Shown here: positions 34,354-43,127 of the stretch, in pieces
Position numbering within the stretch: position 1 is the stretch's first letter
How the letters are laid out: every line of letters begins with the position of its first letter
Source: Myxococcota bacterium
Lineage (GTDB): Bacteria > Myxococcota_A > Polyangia > Nannocystales > Nannocystaceae
NCBI GenBank assembly: GCA_039028615.1
Contig: JBCCHT010000050.1
Coordinates: 29,183 to 93,182 of the forward strand
Length of the DNA: 64,000 bases
Direction: 5' to 3'
Position numbers and translations under genes: made by a program
Notes under the pieces: model-generated
Databases searched by the model: none
What the model was told of the DNA's origin: nothing
The model's input: only the letters and a program-made list of their open reading frames with translations

Positions 34354-36017
34354 ACGACACGCGCGCCATCGATCTGCTCTTCGACATCACGCACGCCCTG
34401 CTCTCCGATCACAAGGAGCTCGAGCCCAAGTTCAACCGCGTACTCAAGCTGCTCCAGGGGGCGGGCCTGCAACGCGGGGTGGTGGCCCTGCACGACGAGG
34501 GCACCAACGAGCTGCGCATCGTGGCCGCCAACGGGCTGACCGCGGCCCAGCGCCGAAAGGGTCGCTACCTGCCCGGCGAAGGCGTGCTCGGCCAGACCTT
34601 CGAGCGCAAGGCCCCCACCGTCATCCCCTCGATCGCGGACAACGACAACTTCCTCAATCGCACCGAGAGCCGCGACACGGCCCAAGCCTCCAACACCGCG
34701 TTCGTGTGTGTGCCCATCGCCACCGCGGGGGACGGCCCCGTGCTCGGCACGCTGTGCGGCGAGCGAATCTTCGATGGCGACGAGCAGATGACCGACGATG
34801 TTCGCCTGCTCAGCATCATCGCCGCGGTCATGGCCGACGTGATCCGCACCTGGCGGGCCCACAGCGCCGAGATGGTCGAGGTCCTCGATCGCCGCGAGGT
34901 CCAGCGCTCGTCGGGGGTGAGCTTCGACTCCATCCCCAACGTGCTGGGCACCACCCGGCGCATGGCCGAGGTGGCTCGTCTGGTCGAGTCGGTCTCGCGC
35001 AGCGACGCCACCGTGCTCTTGCGGGGCGAGAGCGGCACGGGCAAGGAGCTGGTGGCCTCGGCCATCCATGCGGCCAGCGATCGTCGAGGCAAGCCCTTCA
35101 TCACCGTCAACTGCGGAGCGCTGCCCGACAAGCTGGTGGAGACCGAGCTGTTCGGGCACGTGCGGGGGGCCTTCACCGGGGCCTCGCGCGACAAGCAGGG
35201 CCGCTTCCAGGCGGCCGACGGCGGCACGATCTTCCTCGACGAGGTGGGCGAGCTGCCGCTGCCGATGCAGGTCAAGCTGCTGCGGGTGCTGGCCAAGGGC
35301 GAGGTGCACCCGGTCGGCGGCACCGACCCCGAGCACGTCTCCGCCCGGGTCATCGCCGCCACCAACGTCGACCTCGAGAAGGCCATGGACCAGGGGTCCT
35401 TCCGCGAGGACCTCTACTATCGGCTCAACGTGTTCCCCATCTTCATCCCGCCGCTGCGGGAGCGAAAGGGCGACATCACCCTGCTCATCGATCACTTCGT
35501 GCGCCACTACTCCAAGGAGCACGGTCGCGACGTGCGACGGGTGAGCTCGCAGGCCATCGAGATGATGACCTCGTACCAGTGGCCGGGGAACGTGCGCGAG
35601 CTGGAGAACTGCGTGCTGCGAGCGGTGCTGCTCGCCACCGAAGGCACCATCCGGGCGCAGCACCTGCCTCCCACCCTGCAGACCGGCCTGTCGAGCGGCA
35701 CCGCCCTGGAGGGCTCGTTCACCGAGCTCATGGCGACCTACGAGCGCGAGATCCTCATCGACGCCATGACCGACGCCGAGGGCATCCTCAAGCGCGCGGC
35801 CGAGCGCCTATGCACGACCCCGCGTGTGCTCGCCTATCGACTCAAGAAGCACGGCCTGCACGGCACGCTGGTGCGGGCCCGTCAGGGTGAGCAGCACCCC
35901 ACCGGGGAACGCCCGGCCATGCCCGCCGCCGAGGCAGGCGCGGGCCGGCCTCCGCACGAGCCGGTCAAGCCCACCAAGGCCGCGCCGCCTCGTCGCAAGC
36001 TTCGCGGCGCAAACTAG
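34350..36017 (+). CDS. NifA-like sigma-54 enhancer-binding protein (GAF-AAA+-HTH)
   Basis: N-terminal GAF (KGRYLPGEGVLG...FLNRT...FVCVPI), GESGTGKE, GAFTGA, FLDEVGE, FREDLYYRLNV, WPGNVRELEN, C-terminal HTH; ATGA overlap with nirB. Confidence 0.93.
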   Translation: MNDTRAIDLLFDITHALLSDHKELEPKFNRVLKLLQGAGLQRGVVALHDEGTNELRIVAANGLTAAQRRKGRYLPGEGVLGQTFERKAPTVIPSIADNDNFLNRTESRDTAQASNTAFVCVPIATAGDGPVLGTLCGERIFDGDEQMTDDVRLLSIIAAVMADVIRTWRAHSAEMVEVLDRREVQRSSGVSFDSIPNVLGTTRRMAEVARLVESVSRSDATVLLRGESGTGKELVASAIHAASDRRGKPFITVNCGALPDKLVETELFGHVRGAFTGASRDKQGRFQAADGGTIFLDEVGELPLPMQVKLLRVLAKGEVHPVGGTDPEHVSARVIAATNVDLEKAMDQGSFREDLYYRLNVFPIFIPPLRERKGDITLLIDHFVRHYSKEHGRDVRRVSSQAIEMMTSYQWPGNVRELENCVLRAVLLATEGTIRAQHLPPTLQTGLSSGTALEGSFTELMATYEREILIDAMTDAEGILKRAAERLCTTPRVLAYRLKKHGLHGTLVRARQGEQHPTGERPAMPAAEAGAGRPPHEPVKPTKAAPPRRKLRGAN

Positions 36018-36033
36018 CCTCGCCGGGCCGAAC

Positions 36034-36071
36034 CGACGACCGATGCCTTCGTAGGAGGGTGTCGGTCGTCG
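36034..36071 (+). terminator. Strong hairpin after the activator gene
   Basis: CGACGACCGATGCCTTC-GTAG-GAGGGTGTCGGTCGTCG with G-U pairs; weak U tail. Confidence 0.45.
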
Positions 36072-36114
36072 ACGTTTCGAACGAAGCGACACTTCGCCGC
36101 GCCGCTGCGACGGC

Positions 36115-36136
36115 CGACCGACGAGAGTGTCGGTCG
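36115..36136. promoter_or_regulatory. Palindrome, candidate enhancer (UAS) upstream of the nitrate transporter
   Basis: CGACCGAC-N6-GTCGGTCG, about 115 bp upstream of a sigma-54 site. Confidence 0.55.
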
Positions 36137-36241
36137 CCCGGCGACGCCGCTCGAGCCACGACCGAGGTCTCCTGCCGCCAAGCGCCAACGATTACACCGA
36201 AATCCCGCGACCGAGCGGGCGTCGCCGCGCCGCCGGGTCCT

Positions 36242-36257
36242 TGGCACCGCGCTTGCT
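36242..36257 (+). promoter_or_regulatory. Sigma-54 (-24/-12) promoter of the nitrate transporter
   Basis: TGGCAC-CGCGC-TTGCT, a consensus match. Confidence 0.85.
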
Positions 36258-36291
36258 CTGAACACGGGCACTCCCACCCGAGCCCGTACCC

Positions 36292-37602
36292 ATGAAGGCG
36301 TCCCAGGCTACTCGTATCTCGCTCACCGACTTTCGCTCCGCCCCGATGCGGAGCTTCCACGTCACCTGGATGAGCTTCTTTCTGTGCTTCTTCGGGTGGT
36401 TCGGCATCGCCCCGCTGATGGCGGTGGTGCGCGAGGAGTTCAGCCTCACCCCCGAGCAGTTGGGCAACATCATCATCGCTTCGGTGGCGACCACCGTCTT
36501 TGCCCGGATCGGCATCGGGACCCTCTGCGATCGCATCGGGCCGCGGCGGGCCTACGCGGGGCTGCTGACCCTGGGCGCGGTGCCGGTCATGGGCATCGGG
36601 CTCGCGCAGGACTACATGAGCTTCCTGCTGTTTCGGCTCGCCATCGGCGGCATCGGGGCGAGCTTCGTGATCACGCAGTACCACACGTCCCGGATGTTCG
36701 CGCCGACGGTGGTCGGCACCGCCAACGCGACCACGGCCGGATGGGGCAACCTCGGGGGCGGCGTGGCGCAGCTGGTCATGCCGCTTCTGTTCGGGGCCAT
36801 CGTCTCGCTGGGGATCGACTCCGCGCTGGGCTGGCGGCTGACCATGCTCGTCCCCGGCGTGGCCATGCTGGTGATGGCGGTGGTCTACCTGCGCTGCACC
36901 CAGGACTATCCGCAGGGCAACCACGCCGAGCTCGCCGCCCTGGGCCGACTCCCCGTGAAGGCCAGGAACACCACGGGCTCGCTCAAGTCCGCGCTGGCCG
37001 ATAGCCGCGTGTGGTGCCTGTTCGTGGTCTACGGCGCCTGCTTCGGGGTCGAGCTCACCATCAACAACGTGGCGGCGATCTACTTTCACGACCGCTTCGG
37101 GCTCTCGCTGGCCATGGCGGGGATCATCGCCAGCCTCTTCGGCCTGATGAACCTGTTCGCCCGCACGCTGGGCGGTCACTTCGGCGACACGCTGGGCATC
37201 CGCTACGGCCTGCGAGGGCGGATCTACTTCCTCGCCTCGATGGTCTTGGCGGAGGGCATCGCCCTGATGGCGTTTTCCCGGCTCTCCTTCCTGCCCGTGG
37301 CCGTCGCGATGATGCTGGTGTTCAGCCTCTTCGTGCAGATGGCCGAGGGCGCGACCTTTGCCGTGGTCCCCTTCATCAACGACAAGGCGCTCGGGGCCAC
37401 CTCGGGGCTGGTCGGCGCAGGCGGCAACATCGGGGCGATCGCGGCCGGCTTCCTCTTGCGCACCGAGGGGGTCGGCATCGCCGATGCCCTGCTCTACATG
37501 GGCGTGGGGGTGGTGGTGGCTTCGATCTTTGCCCTCGCCGTGCGCCCCACCCCGGAAGAACGACGATCGACGGAACGGCTCAGCGACGTGGTGCCTGCCT
37601 GA
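36292..37602 (+). CDS. narK: Nitrate/nitrite MFS transporter (NarK/NRT2 family)
   Basis: MRSFHVTW...FFGWFGIAPL, ASFVITQYHTS, GTANATTAGWGNLGGG, FGVELTINN, FGLMNLFARTLGG, GLVGAGGNIG. Confidence 0.93.
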   Translation: MKASQATRISLTDFRSAPMRSFHVTWMSFFLCFFGWFGIAPLMAVVREEFSLTPEQLGNIIIASVATTVFARIGIGTLCDRIGPRRAYAGLLTLGAVPVMGIGLAQDYMSFLLFRLAIGGIGASFVITQYHTSRMFAPTVVGTANATTAGWGNLGGGVAQLVMPLLFGAIVSLGIDSALGWRLTMLVPGVAMLVMAVVYLRCTQDYPQGNHAELAALGRLPVKARNTTGSLKSALADSRVWCLFVVYGACFGVELTINNVAAIYFHDRFGLSLAMAGIIASLFGLMNLFARTLGGHFGDTLGIRYGLRGRIYFLASMVLAEGIALMAFSRLSFLPVAVAMMLVFSLFVQMAEGATFAVVPFINDKALGATSGLVGAGGNIGAIAAGFLLRTEGVGIADALLYMGVGVVVASIFALAVRPTPEERRSTERLSDVVPA

Positions 37603-37637
37603 ACCCCACCTACCCAACTGCACCACACGCAACGAGC

Positions 37638-37674
37638 AACGCCGCGGGACCGAGAGGTCTCGCGGCGTTTTTTT
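37638..37674 (+). terminator. Intrinsic terminator after the nitrate transporter
   Basis: AACGCCGCGGGACC-GAGA-GGTCTCGCGGCGTT followed by a T run. Confidence 0.85.
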
Positions 37675-37729
37675 CATGTCCGCCGTGCATGCGCCGGCCG
37701 AGCGGAGGGCTCAGCCGACGCGATCGCGA

Positions 37730-38803
37730 CTAGCCGGGCGGAATGTAGTTCTCGCAGGCAACGTCGATGACGGCGATCGCCTCGTCGAAGACCGGCATGT
37801 AGTCCGGAGCGCAAATGTCGGCCAAGAAGCCGTTGTCGCCGAACATCATGGTGAAGGCCGCCATGTTGTTCGCGTCGCCGCCGAAGCAGGCGCCGCCCGG
37901 CGTGTTGACCAACGAGAGCACCACGATGTTCTCGGGGATGCCGGCCTTGGCCGCGACGACGTCGTCGTACCAGGTCATCGGCGTGCCGATGGAGGTGTTG
38001 TCGGGCTCGTCGGTGATGATGACGATGACCAGCAGGGCCTCGTCGCGGAGGAAGCCGAAGTTGCACTCGCCGGGGTCGGCCCCGACGCCAGTGACCGTCT
38101 CCACGACCGCCTGCATCGCCCGCTCGGTGGCGTCACCCGAGGTGCCGATCTGCGCGGCACAGCTGAACGCCGTGGCGAGGTCGTCCATCTCGGTCATGTA
38201 GTTCTCGCCCTCGGCGTACGGACCACACATCGCGTTGCTCGAGTTGCTGCCGCCGGTCGACACCACCAGCGAGCTCAGCTGCTGGCAGCCGGCGATGTTG
38301 GGAGAGTAGGCGTCGGTCGTCACCACGCCCACGTGGTAGCTCTCGACCTCTTCGAGGCTGTTTTGGATGCCGTCGATGAACGCCGGGAAGTTGGCCACGA
38401 GGTTGGCCTGCTCGTCGCCCATGCTGCCGGAGTTGTCGATGACGAACAGGAAGTCGACCTCGCCGCACTCCTCGTCGAGGGGCGGTGCCTCGGGGATCTC
38501 GCCCAGGTCGAACACGAAGCCGGGACCGGTGGAGTCGGTGGACTCGCCGCCGGGATCACCCGTGGTGCTCGTGGCAGAGCCGGTCTCGTCCGGCGGGGTG
38601 TCGTCGGTCGTGGCACTCGTCGTCGCAGCGGGAGGCGTCTGTGCGTCCGAGGTTGCCGTGGTGGTGGCCGGCGTCGCAGCGCTGGTTCCAGAGTCGGCGT
38701 TCTCGGAGGCATTGGCGGTGTCAGCCGTGTCCTCTTCGGCTGGGCACGCCAGCAGAGGCATGCACAGCAACGGCGCAACAAAAGACAAACGGGACTTCAA
38801 CAT
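37730..38803 (-). CDS. Myxobacterial lipoprotein with vWA-like domain (paralog of 17386..18477)
   Basis: Lipobox LLAC, Thr/Ser linker, EVDFLFVIDNSGSMGDEQ, FLRDEALLVIVIITDEPD. Confidence 0.87.
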   Translation of the reverse strand: MLKSRLSFVAPLLCMPLLACPAEEDTADTANASENADSGTSAATPATTTATSDAQTPPAATTSATTDDTPPDETGSATSTTGDPGGESTDSTGPGFVFDLGEIPEAPPLDEECGEVDFLFVIDNSGSMGDEQANLVANFPAFIDGIQNSLEEVESYHVGVVTTDAYSPNIAGCQQLSSLVVSTGGSNSSNAMCGPYAEGENYMTEMDDLATAFSCAAQIGTSGDATERAMQAVVETVTGVGADPGECNFGFLRDEALLVIVIITDEPDNTSIGTPMTWYDDVVAAKAGIPENIVVLSLVNTPGGACFGGDANNMAAFTMMFGDNGFLADICAPDYMPVFDEAIAVIDVACENYIPPG

Positions 38804-39552
38804 GGGTAGATGACCTCGGCGTAAGGAGGCGTTCTACTAGAACTGTCCCTCCGCATACACAGCGTACTCGATCTGAACCCCCTCGTGGGGTGCAGCAACA
38901 CACAGTTTATTTCGTTCCTGGGGGTTTTAGCGCCGGCTGGCTGGGGTTTGGCGGCGACGCTGTCCCACATCGTCGTCAATGTCGCCGGCCTCGGCGCGAC
39001 CTCGATTAAATGAGAAAGAGCACAGGTTTGAGCCGACCGAAGAGGAGCCCAGCACCGACGCGCGGCGCCTCCTCGACCCCACGACCACGCGCGCCGACTC
39101 GCAGACTCGCAAGTCGAACAACCGCACTGAAGAAATGCGCACGATGGGGGTAGATGCCGACACATTGGCATTGGTTCACGCCGCGTCCGCTGCGCCCTGA
39201 ATCGCCGGGGACACGGCGAGGAACGACGATCTGCGAACTCTGCCGGCCTGGCCCCAGGGACCCGACCTCAACACGACGCATGCACTGAATGGCCCGACCC
39301 TCGGTCGAGCTTCATCAAAAATTCATAGGGCAGGTCACGGGGCCGGACGACCGGCTGACTTTCTCGTTCGCCGAGGGGATCGATTCTCGTCGAGCCCGGT
39401 CTACCGGATGCGAACGAACCTGCCGCCCCCCGGCTCGAGCGCCTCGCCATCACTCCGATGTCGCGAGCAGTCCGAGCCCGCTCGTGACCGGCAGGACTCC
39501 CTTTCGACGCATCGCCCGACGTCCATGCGGCCGTCGTGTTCGTGAGCCTGCC

Positions 39553-40083
39553 ATGCCAGCCAACGACTATCACTTCGAAGAGCAGTGGAGCATCCCCGGC
39601 TATAGCCCCCGCCAAGTGTATGAGGTGCTTTACAACGCGAGCATCCTGCCGGACTGGTGGTCGGGCGTGTACCTCGAAGCCGTCCCGCTACGAAACTATG
39701 CGCGCCCGATGGTCGGCGCGAAGGTCCGCGCCAAGGCCCGCGGCTTCCTGCCCTATACCCTGAGCTTCACCCTCGAAGCGCTGGAGCTCGAGTACGGCCA
39801 GCGACTGCAAGCCCGGGCCACGGGCGACTTCGAAGGCGTCTGGACGGCGGAGCTCCACGACGACGGCGAGGGCGGCACCCGGGTGGCAATCGACTGGCGA
39901 GTCACCGTCGACAAACCACTGATTCGGTTCCTGTCGCCGATCCTCAAGCCGCTGTTCGCGTGGAATCACTGCTGGACCACGCCCCGCGGGGAGCGAGGCC
40001 TCATCCGGTATCTCGACCAAAGACACCGCCCCGCGCTCGTCGACACCTCGGTCCTGTGCCCTCCGGGCTATGCCCACGCATGA
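39553..40083 (+). CDS. SRPBCC (polyketide cyclase/START-like) family protein
   Basis: DYHFEEQW...PDWW, RGFLPYTL, GDFEGVW, LKPLFAWNH. Confidence 0.82.
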   Translation: MPANDYHFEEQWSIPGYSPRQVYEVLYNASILPDWWSGVYLEAVPLRNYARPMVGAKVRAKARGFLPYTLSFTLEALELEYGQRLQARATGDFEGVWTAELHDDGEGGTRVAIDWRVTVDKPLIRFLSPILKPLFAWNHCWTTPRGERGLIRYLDQRHRPALVDTSVLCPPGYAHA

Positions 40084-40505
40084 AGATCCGCCACGAAGTC
40101 GTCATCGCCCGCCCCTGCCCCGAGGTCTTCGCGTTCGTGACCGACCTGCGCAACGAGACGCGGTGGCAGCCTCAGATCGAGTCGGTCACGCTGTGCGAGC
40201 CGCTGCGACGGGGCGCATGTTTTCACGAGCGACGGGTGACCTTGGGGCGGACCTTCGACTGGAACTTCCGCATCACCGAGTTCGACCCGCCGCGCTCGAT
40301 CTCCATCGAGACGATCGAGGGCACCATGCCCTACCGCGGCACTCGGAGCTTTCACCCCGTGCCGGGCGGGACTCGGGTGGTCGAGTCGGGTGAGCTGCAG
40401 CTCCCGATCGGCCTGCGCTGGCTGGGCCCCGTGCTCGCCCGCTGGTCCCGACGACCGCTGCGGCAGGCCTACGAGCGGCTCCGCGTGCTCATGGAGAACA
40501 GCTAG
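40080..40505 (+). CDS. SRPBCC family protein
   Basis: VIARPCPEVFAFVTDLRNETRW...ITEFDPPR...GGTRV; ATGA overlap with the previous gene. Confidence 0.85.
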   Translation: MKIRHEVVIARPCPEVFAFVTDLRNETRWQPQIESVTLCEPLRRGACFHERRVTLGRTFDWNFRITEFDPPRSISIETIEGTMPYRGTRSFHPVPGGTRVVESGELQLPIGLRWLGPVLARWSRRPLRQAYERLRVLMENS

Positions 40506-42129
40506 CGCGATCGCTGGCGCGGTCGAGGATGTCGAGCACCGCTTCGACCCCGAAGGGCTTGGGGAGAAACCAGGTGTTGTGGTCGCCGCGGGTGGCCGCC
40601 TCGCCCGCGTCGCTGTGCCCCGACATCAGCACGACGGGCAAGCTGGACGAGCGCCGTCGAATGGCCTCCAGCGCGTCGAGCCCGTTCGCCCCCGGCATCA
40701 TCACGTCGATCAGCACCATCTCGACCGCGGCTCCGTGCTCGTCCAGCAGCGCGATCGCCCGGCGGCCATCGTCCGCCTCGACCACGGAGTAGCCGGTCCG
40801 CTCGAGGATCTGCGACACCAGCGAGCGAATATAGGGCTCGTCGTCGGCCACCAGCACCAACCCGCTATTGTCTCGCCGGGGCGACGCCGCGATGCGGGGC
40901 GCGATGGGCTCGACGTCGCACAGCGGCAGCAGCACGCAAAAGCGCGTGCCCTCGCCGGGGCTCGAGTCCACGAGCACACCCCCGCGGTGTCCGGTCACCG
41001 TGCCCAGCGTGGCCGCCAGCCCGAGGCCGTGCCCTTCCTGCTTGGTGGTGAAGTAGGGCTCGAAAATTCGCTCGAGCGTCTTGGGCACCATGCCGCAGCC
41101 ATCGTCGACGACGTCGAGCAACACGTAGGTCCCCGCCACCAGGGGCTCGCGCGAGCGGACTCGCCGGAGCGTGGTGTCGTCCACGTCCGCCACCCGGGTG
41201 CTCACCCGGACCGTCCCCACGCCCTCGGGCAGCGCCTGGTAGGCGTTGGTGACCAGGTTCATCAGAACCTGCTTGAGCTGAGCGTTGTCCACCAACGCCA
41301 CCGCCGGTCGCTCACCGAGGTCGAGCTCGAGGCTCGCCGTCTTGGCGAACGTGACCCGCACCAGGTGGGCGGTCTCTCGGATCAGGTTGCGCAGGTCGGT
41401 CGGCAGCAGCTCTCCTCGGCCTCGGCCGGCATAGGCGAGCAGCTGGGCGGTGAGCGAGGCCGCCTGCTTCGCCGCATTGACGATCTCTCGCCCGCACTGC
41501 GCCGCCTCGTCTCCTTCCACGATCCCCGCCTCCAGCAGGCTCGCCTGGCCCAGCACCGCCGTGAGCAAGTTGTTGAAGTCGTGCGCGACCCCGCCGGCCA
41601 GCAGCTCCAGTCCCTCTCGCTGCTGCGCGAGCCGAAGCGTGCGCTGCATCTGACGCTCCTGGGTCGTCTCCTGCATGATCGCGAAGACGCTGCGCACCGC
41701 GCCCTGCTCGTCCACGTGCGGCACCAAGATCATGCGAAACCAAATGGCACGCGCGTCGGAGCCCCAGGTCTCGGACGCGCGCTCCATGTCGATGGCGAAC
41801 TCCTCGCTCACCACCACCTCGCCCGCGTAGGCCCGCTCGTACACGGGCAGCAGCCCCGTCTCCTTGGAGAAGGGATCGGTCAGGATGTTGAACTTGCCCA
41901 GCACCGACTCGGCCGACGGCAGCCCGAGAAAGCGCACCATCGCGTCGTTCATCCACATCGCGTAGCCGTCGGCGTCGTAGACCTCGAGGCCCACGTCGAC
42001 CTGCTCCAACGCCGCGTACATGTGGCGTTGCTCCGACTTGGATTCGGCCAGTTCGGCCTCGAGTTGCGCGATCCTCCGACGAAGCGTCGATTCGACGCTT
42101 GATGCTTCCCCCACACCTGTTCGTATCAC
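40489..42129 (-). CDS. Hybrid sensor kinase (PAS - HisKA - HATPase - receiver)
   Basis: AGGVAHDFNNLL, QVLMNLVTNA, DDGCGM, FEPYFTTK...GLGL, receiver VLVADDE...DVMMPGANG...KPF. Confidence 0.93.
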   Translation of the reverse strand: MIRTGVGEASSVESTLRRRIAQLEAELAESKSEQRHMYAALEQVDVGLEVYDADGYAMWMNDAMVRFLGLPSAESVLGKFNILTDPFSKETGLLPVYERAYAGEVVVSEEFAIDMERASETWGSDARAIWFRMILVPHVDEQGAVRSVFAIMQETTQERQMQRTLRLAQQREGLELLAGGVAHDFNNLLTAVLGQASLLEAGIVEGDEAAQCGREIVNAAKQAASLTAQLLAYAGRGRGELLPTDLRNLIRETAHLVRVTFAKTASLELDLGERPAVALVDNAQLKQVLMNLVTNAYQALPEGVGTVRVSTRVADVDDTTLRRVRSREPLVAGTYVLLDVVDDGCGMVPKTLERIFEPYFTTKQEGHGLGLAATLGTVTGHRGGVLVDSSPGEGTRFCVLLPLCDVEPIAPRIAASPRRDNSGLVLVADDEPYIRSLVSQILERTGYSVVEADDGRRAIALLDEHGAAVEMVLIDVMMPGANGLDALEAIRRRSSSLPVVLMSGHSDAGEAATRGDHNTWFLPKPFGVEAVLDILDRASDRASCSP

Positions 42130-42286
42130 GCGCCTTCGCGAAGCGGCGACGAACGACCGTGGTCAACCGAAGCGCGCTGAAGCGAGCTTCGTGGCCTCTC
42201 CAATCGAAGGCCGGTGGAAACGATGTTCGAATGCAGACGACCGACGTTCGAGTGAACCCGAGTCTTCGTCATGTGTCGTAGGGTGT

Positions 42287-42892
42287 TCACCCACCGACGC
42301 GGCTCGGTACGGGCTCGACCCCGCGCGAAGGCTCGCGCGACCCTGCCTCTAAAAGCCGCCCCCGCGCCCCAATGCGACGTCGAACGATGAAATGTTCGAA
42401 GGCCCCCACCATGCGTCGCACGAATAGGAGCGCGGGGGTCTGGCGAAACGAACGCAAGTAGACCCGCGCGGTCTGGTCGTCGACGGTCACCACCATCGTC
42501 ATCGTGCCCGGACCCCCGAGCCTTCGCGCCTGCTGGGCGAGCGCCTCGGCTTCGGCGTGCTCGCACTCGATGGCCGACGTGGTGGCGACCCCGTTCGCCC
42601 TCACGGCTGGCCGCGGCACCACGGGATAGAACGGCTGCACTGGCCCCCGCCACTGCCAGATCCACCCCCCGACCTCGCGAACTTCTCGGTACTCCGCTCG
42701 CTGCAGGGGCGCACAGGGATCGGGGTCGTCTTCGGAGAGGGCAGTCGACTCGAGCTGGGCGTGCAGCTGCCCGTCGGGCCCGCGCCACAGCACCAGCGAC
42801 TCGCCGAAGCGCCGCACGACGACGGGTCGGCAGTCGCACACCTCACCGGCATCCGCGACCACTGCCCACCCCGATTCTTGCGGCTCCACCAT
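42287..42892 (-). CDS. Degenerate Rieske-oxygenase-like protein lacking cluster ligands
   Basis: GWAVVA...RPVVVRRFGESLVLWRGPDGQLHA...VREVGGWIWQWRG resembles Rieske flanking strands; no CxH or CxxH motif. Confidence 0.55.
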   Translation of the reverse strand: MVEPQESGWAVVADAGEVCDCRPVVVRRFGESLVLWRGPDGQLHAQLESTALSEDDPDPCAPLQRAEYREVREVGGWIWQWRGPVQPFYPVVPRPAVRANGVATTSAIECEHAEAEALAQQARRLGGPGTMTMVVTVDDQTARVYLRSFRQTPALLFVRRMVGAFEHFIVRRRIGARGRLLEAGSREPSRGVEPVPSRVGG

Positions 42893-43127
42893 CCCTCGGC
42901 TCCACCAAGAAGCTGAACGAGGCCTCCGAACGGCGCACGCAAGTCGGCCGTGGAACACCGAGAACGGTCGTTCTGCCCCCGATGGAGGAGCCGGCGCATG
43001 CGTCGAGCGTCCGAGCAGCCCCACCGATCGCGGGCCGGATTGGCGAGCCGCAGACGGCCTACACGCACGCACCAATCGGCACCGCCCTCTCGGAAACCGG
43101 TGGAAATATTTGATTTGCTCCGCCAAA

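Noticed and set aside
34350..36017. Calling the gene nifA and inferring nitrogen fixation
   Set aside because: No nif structural genes in the window; only the architecture is NifA-like.
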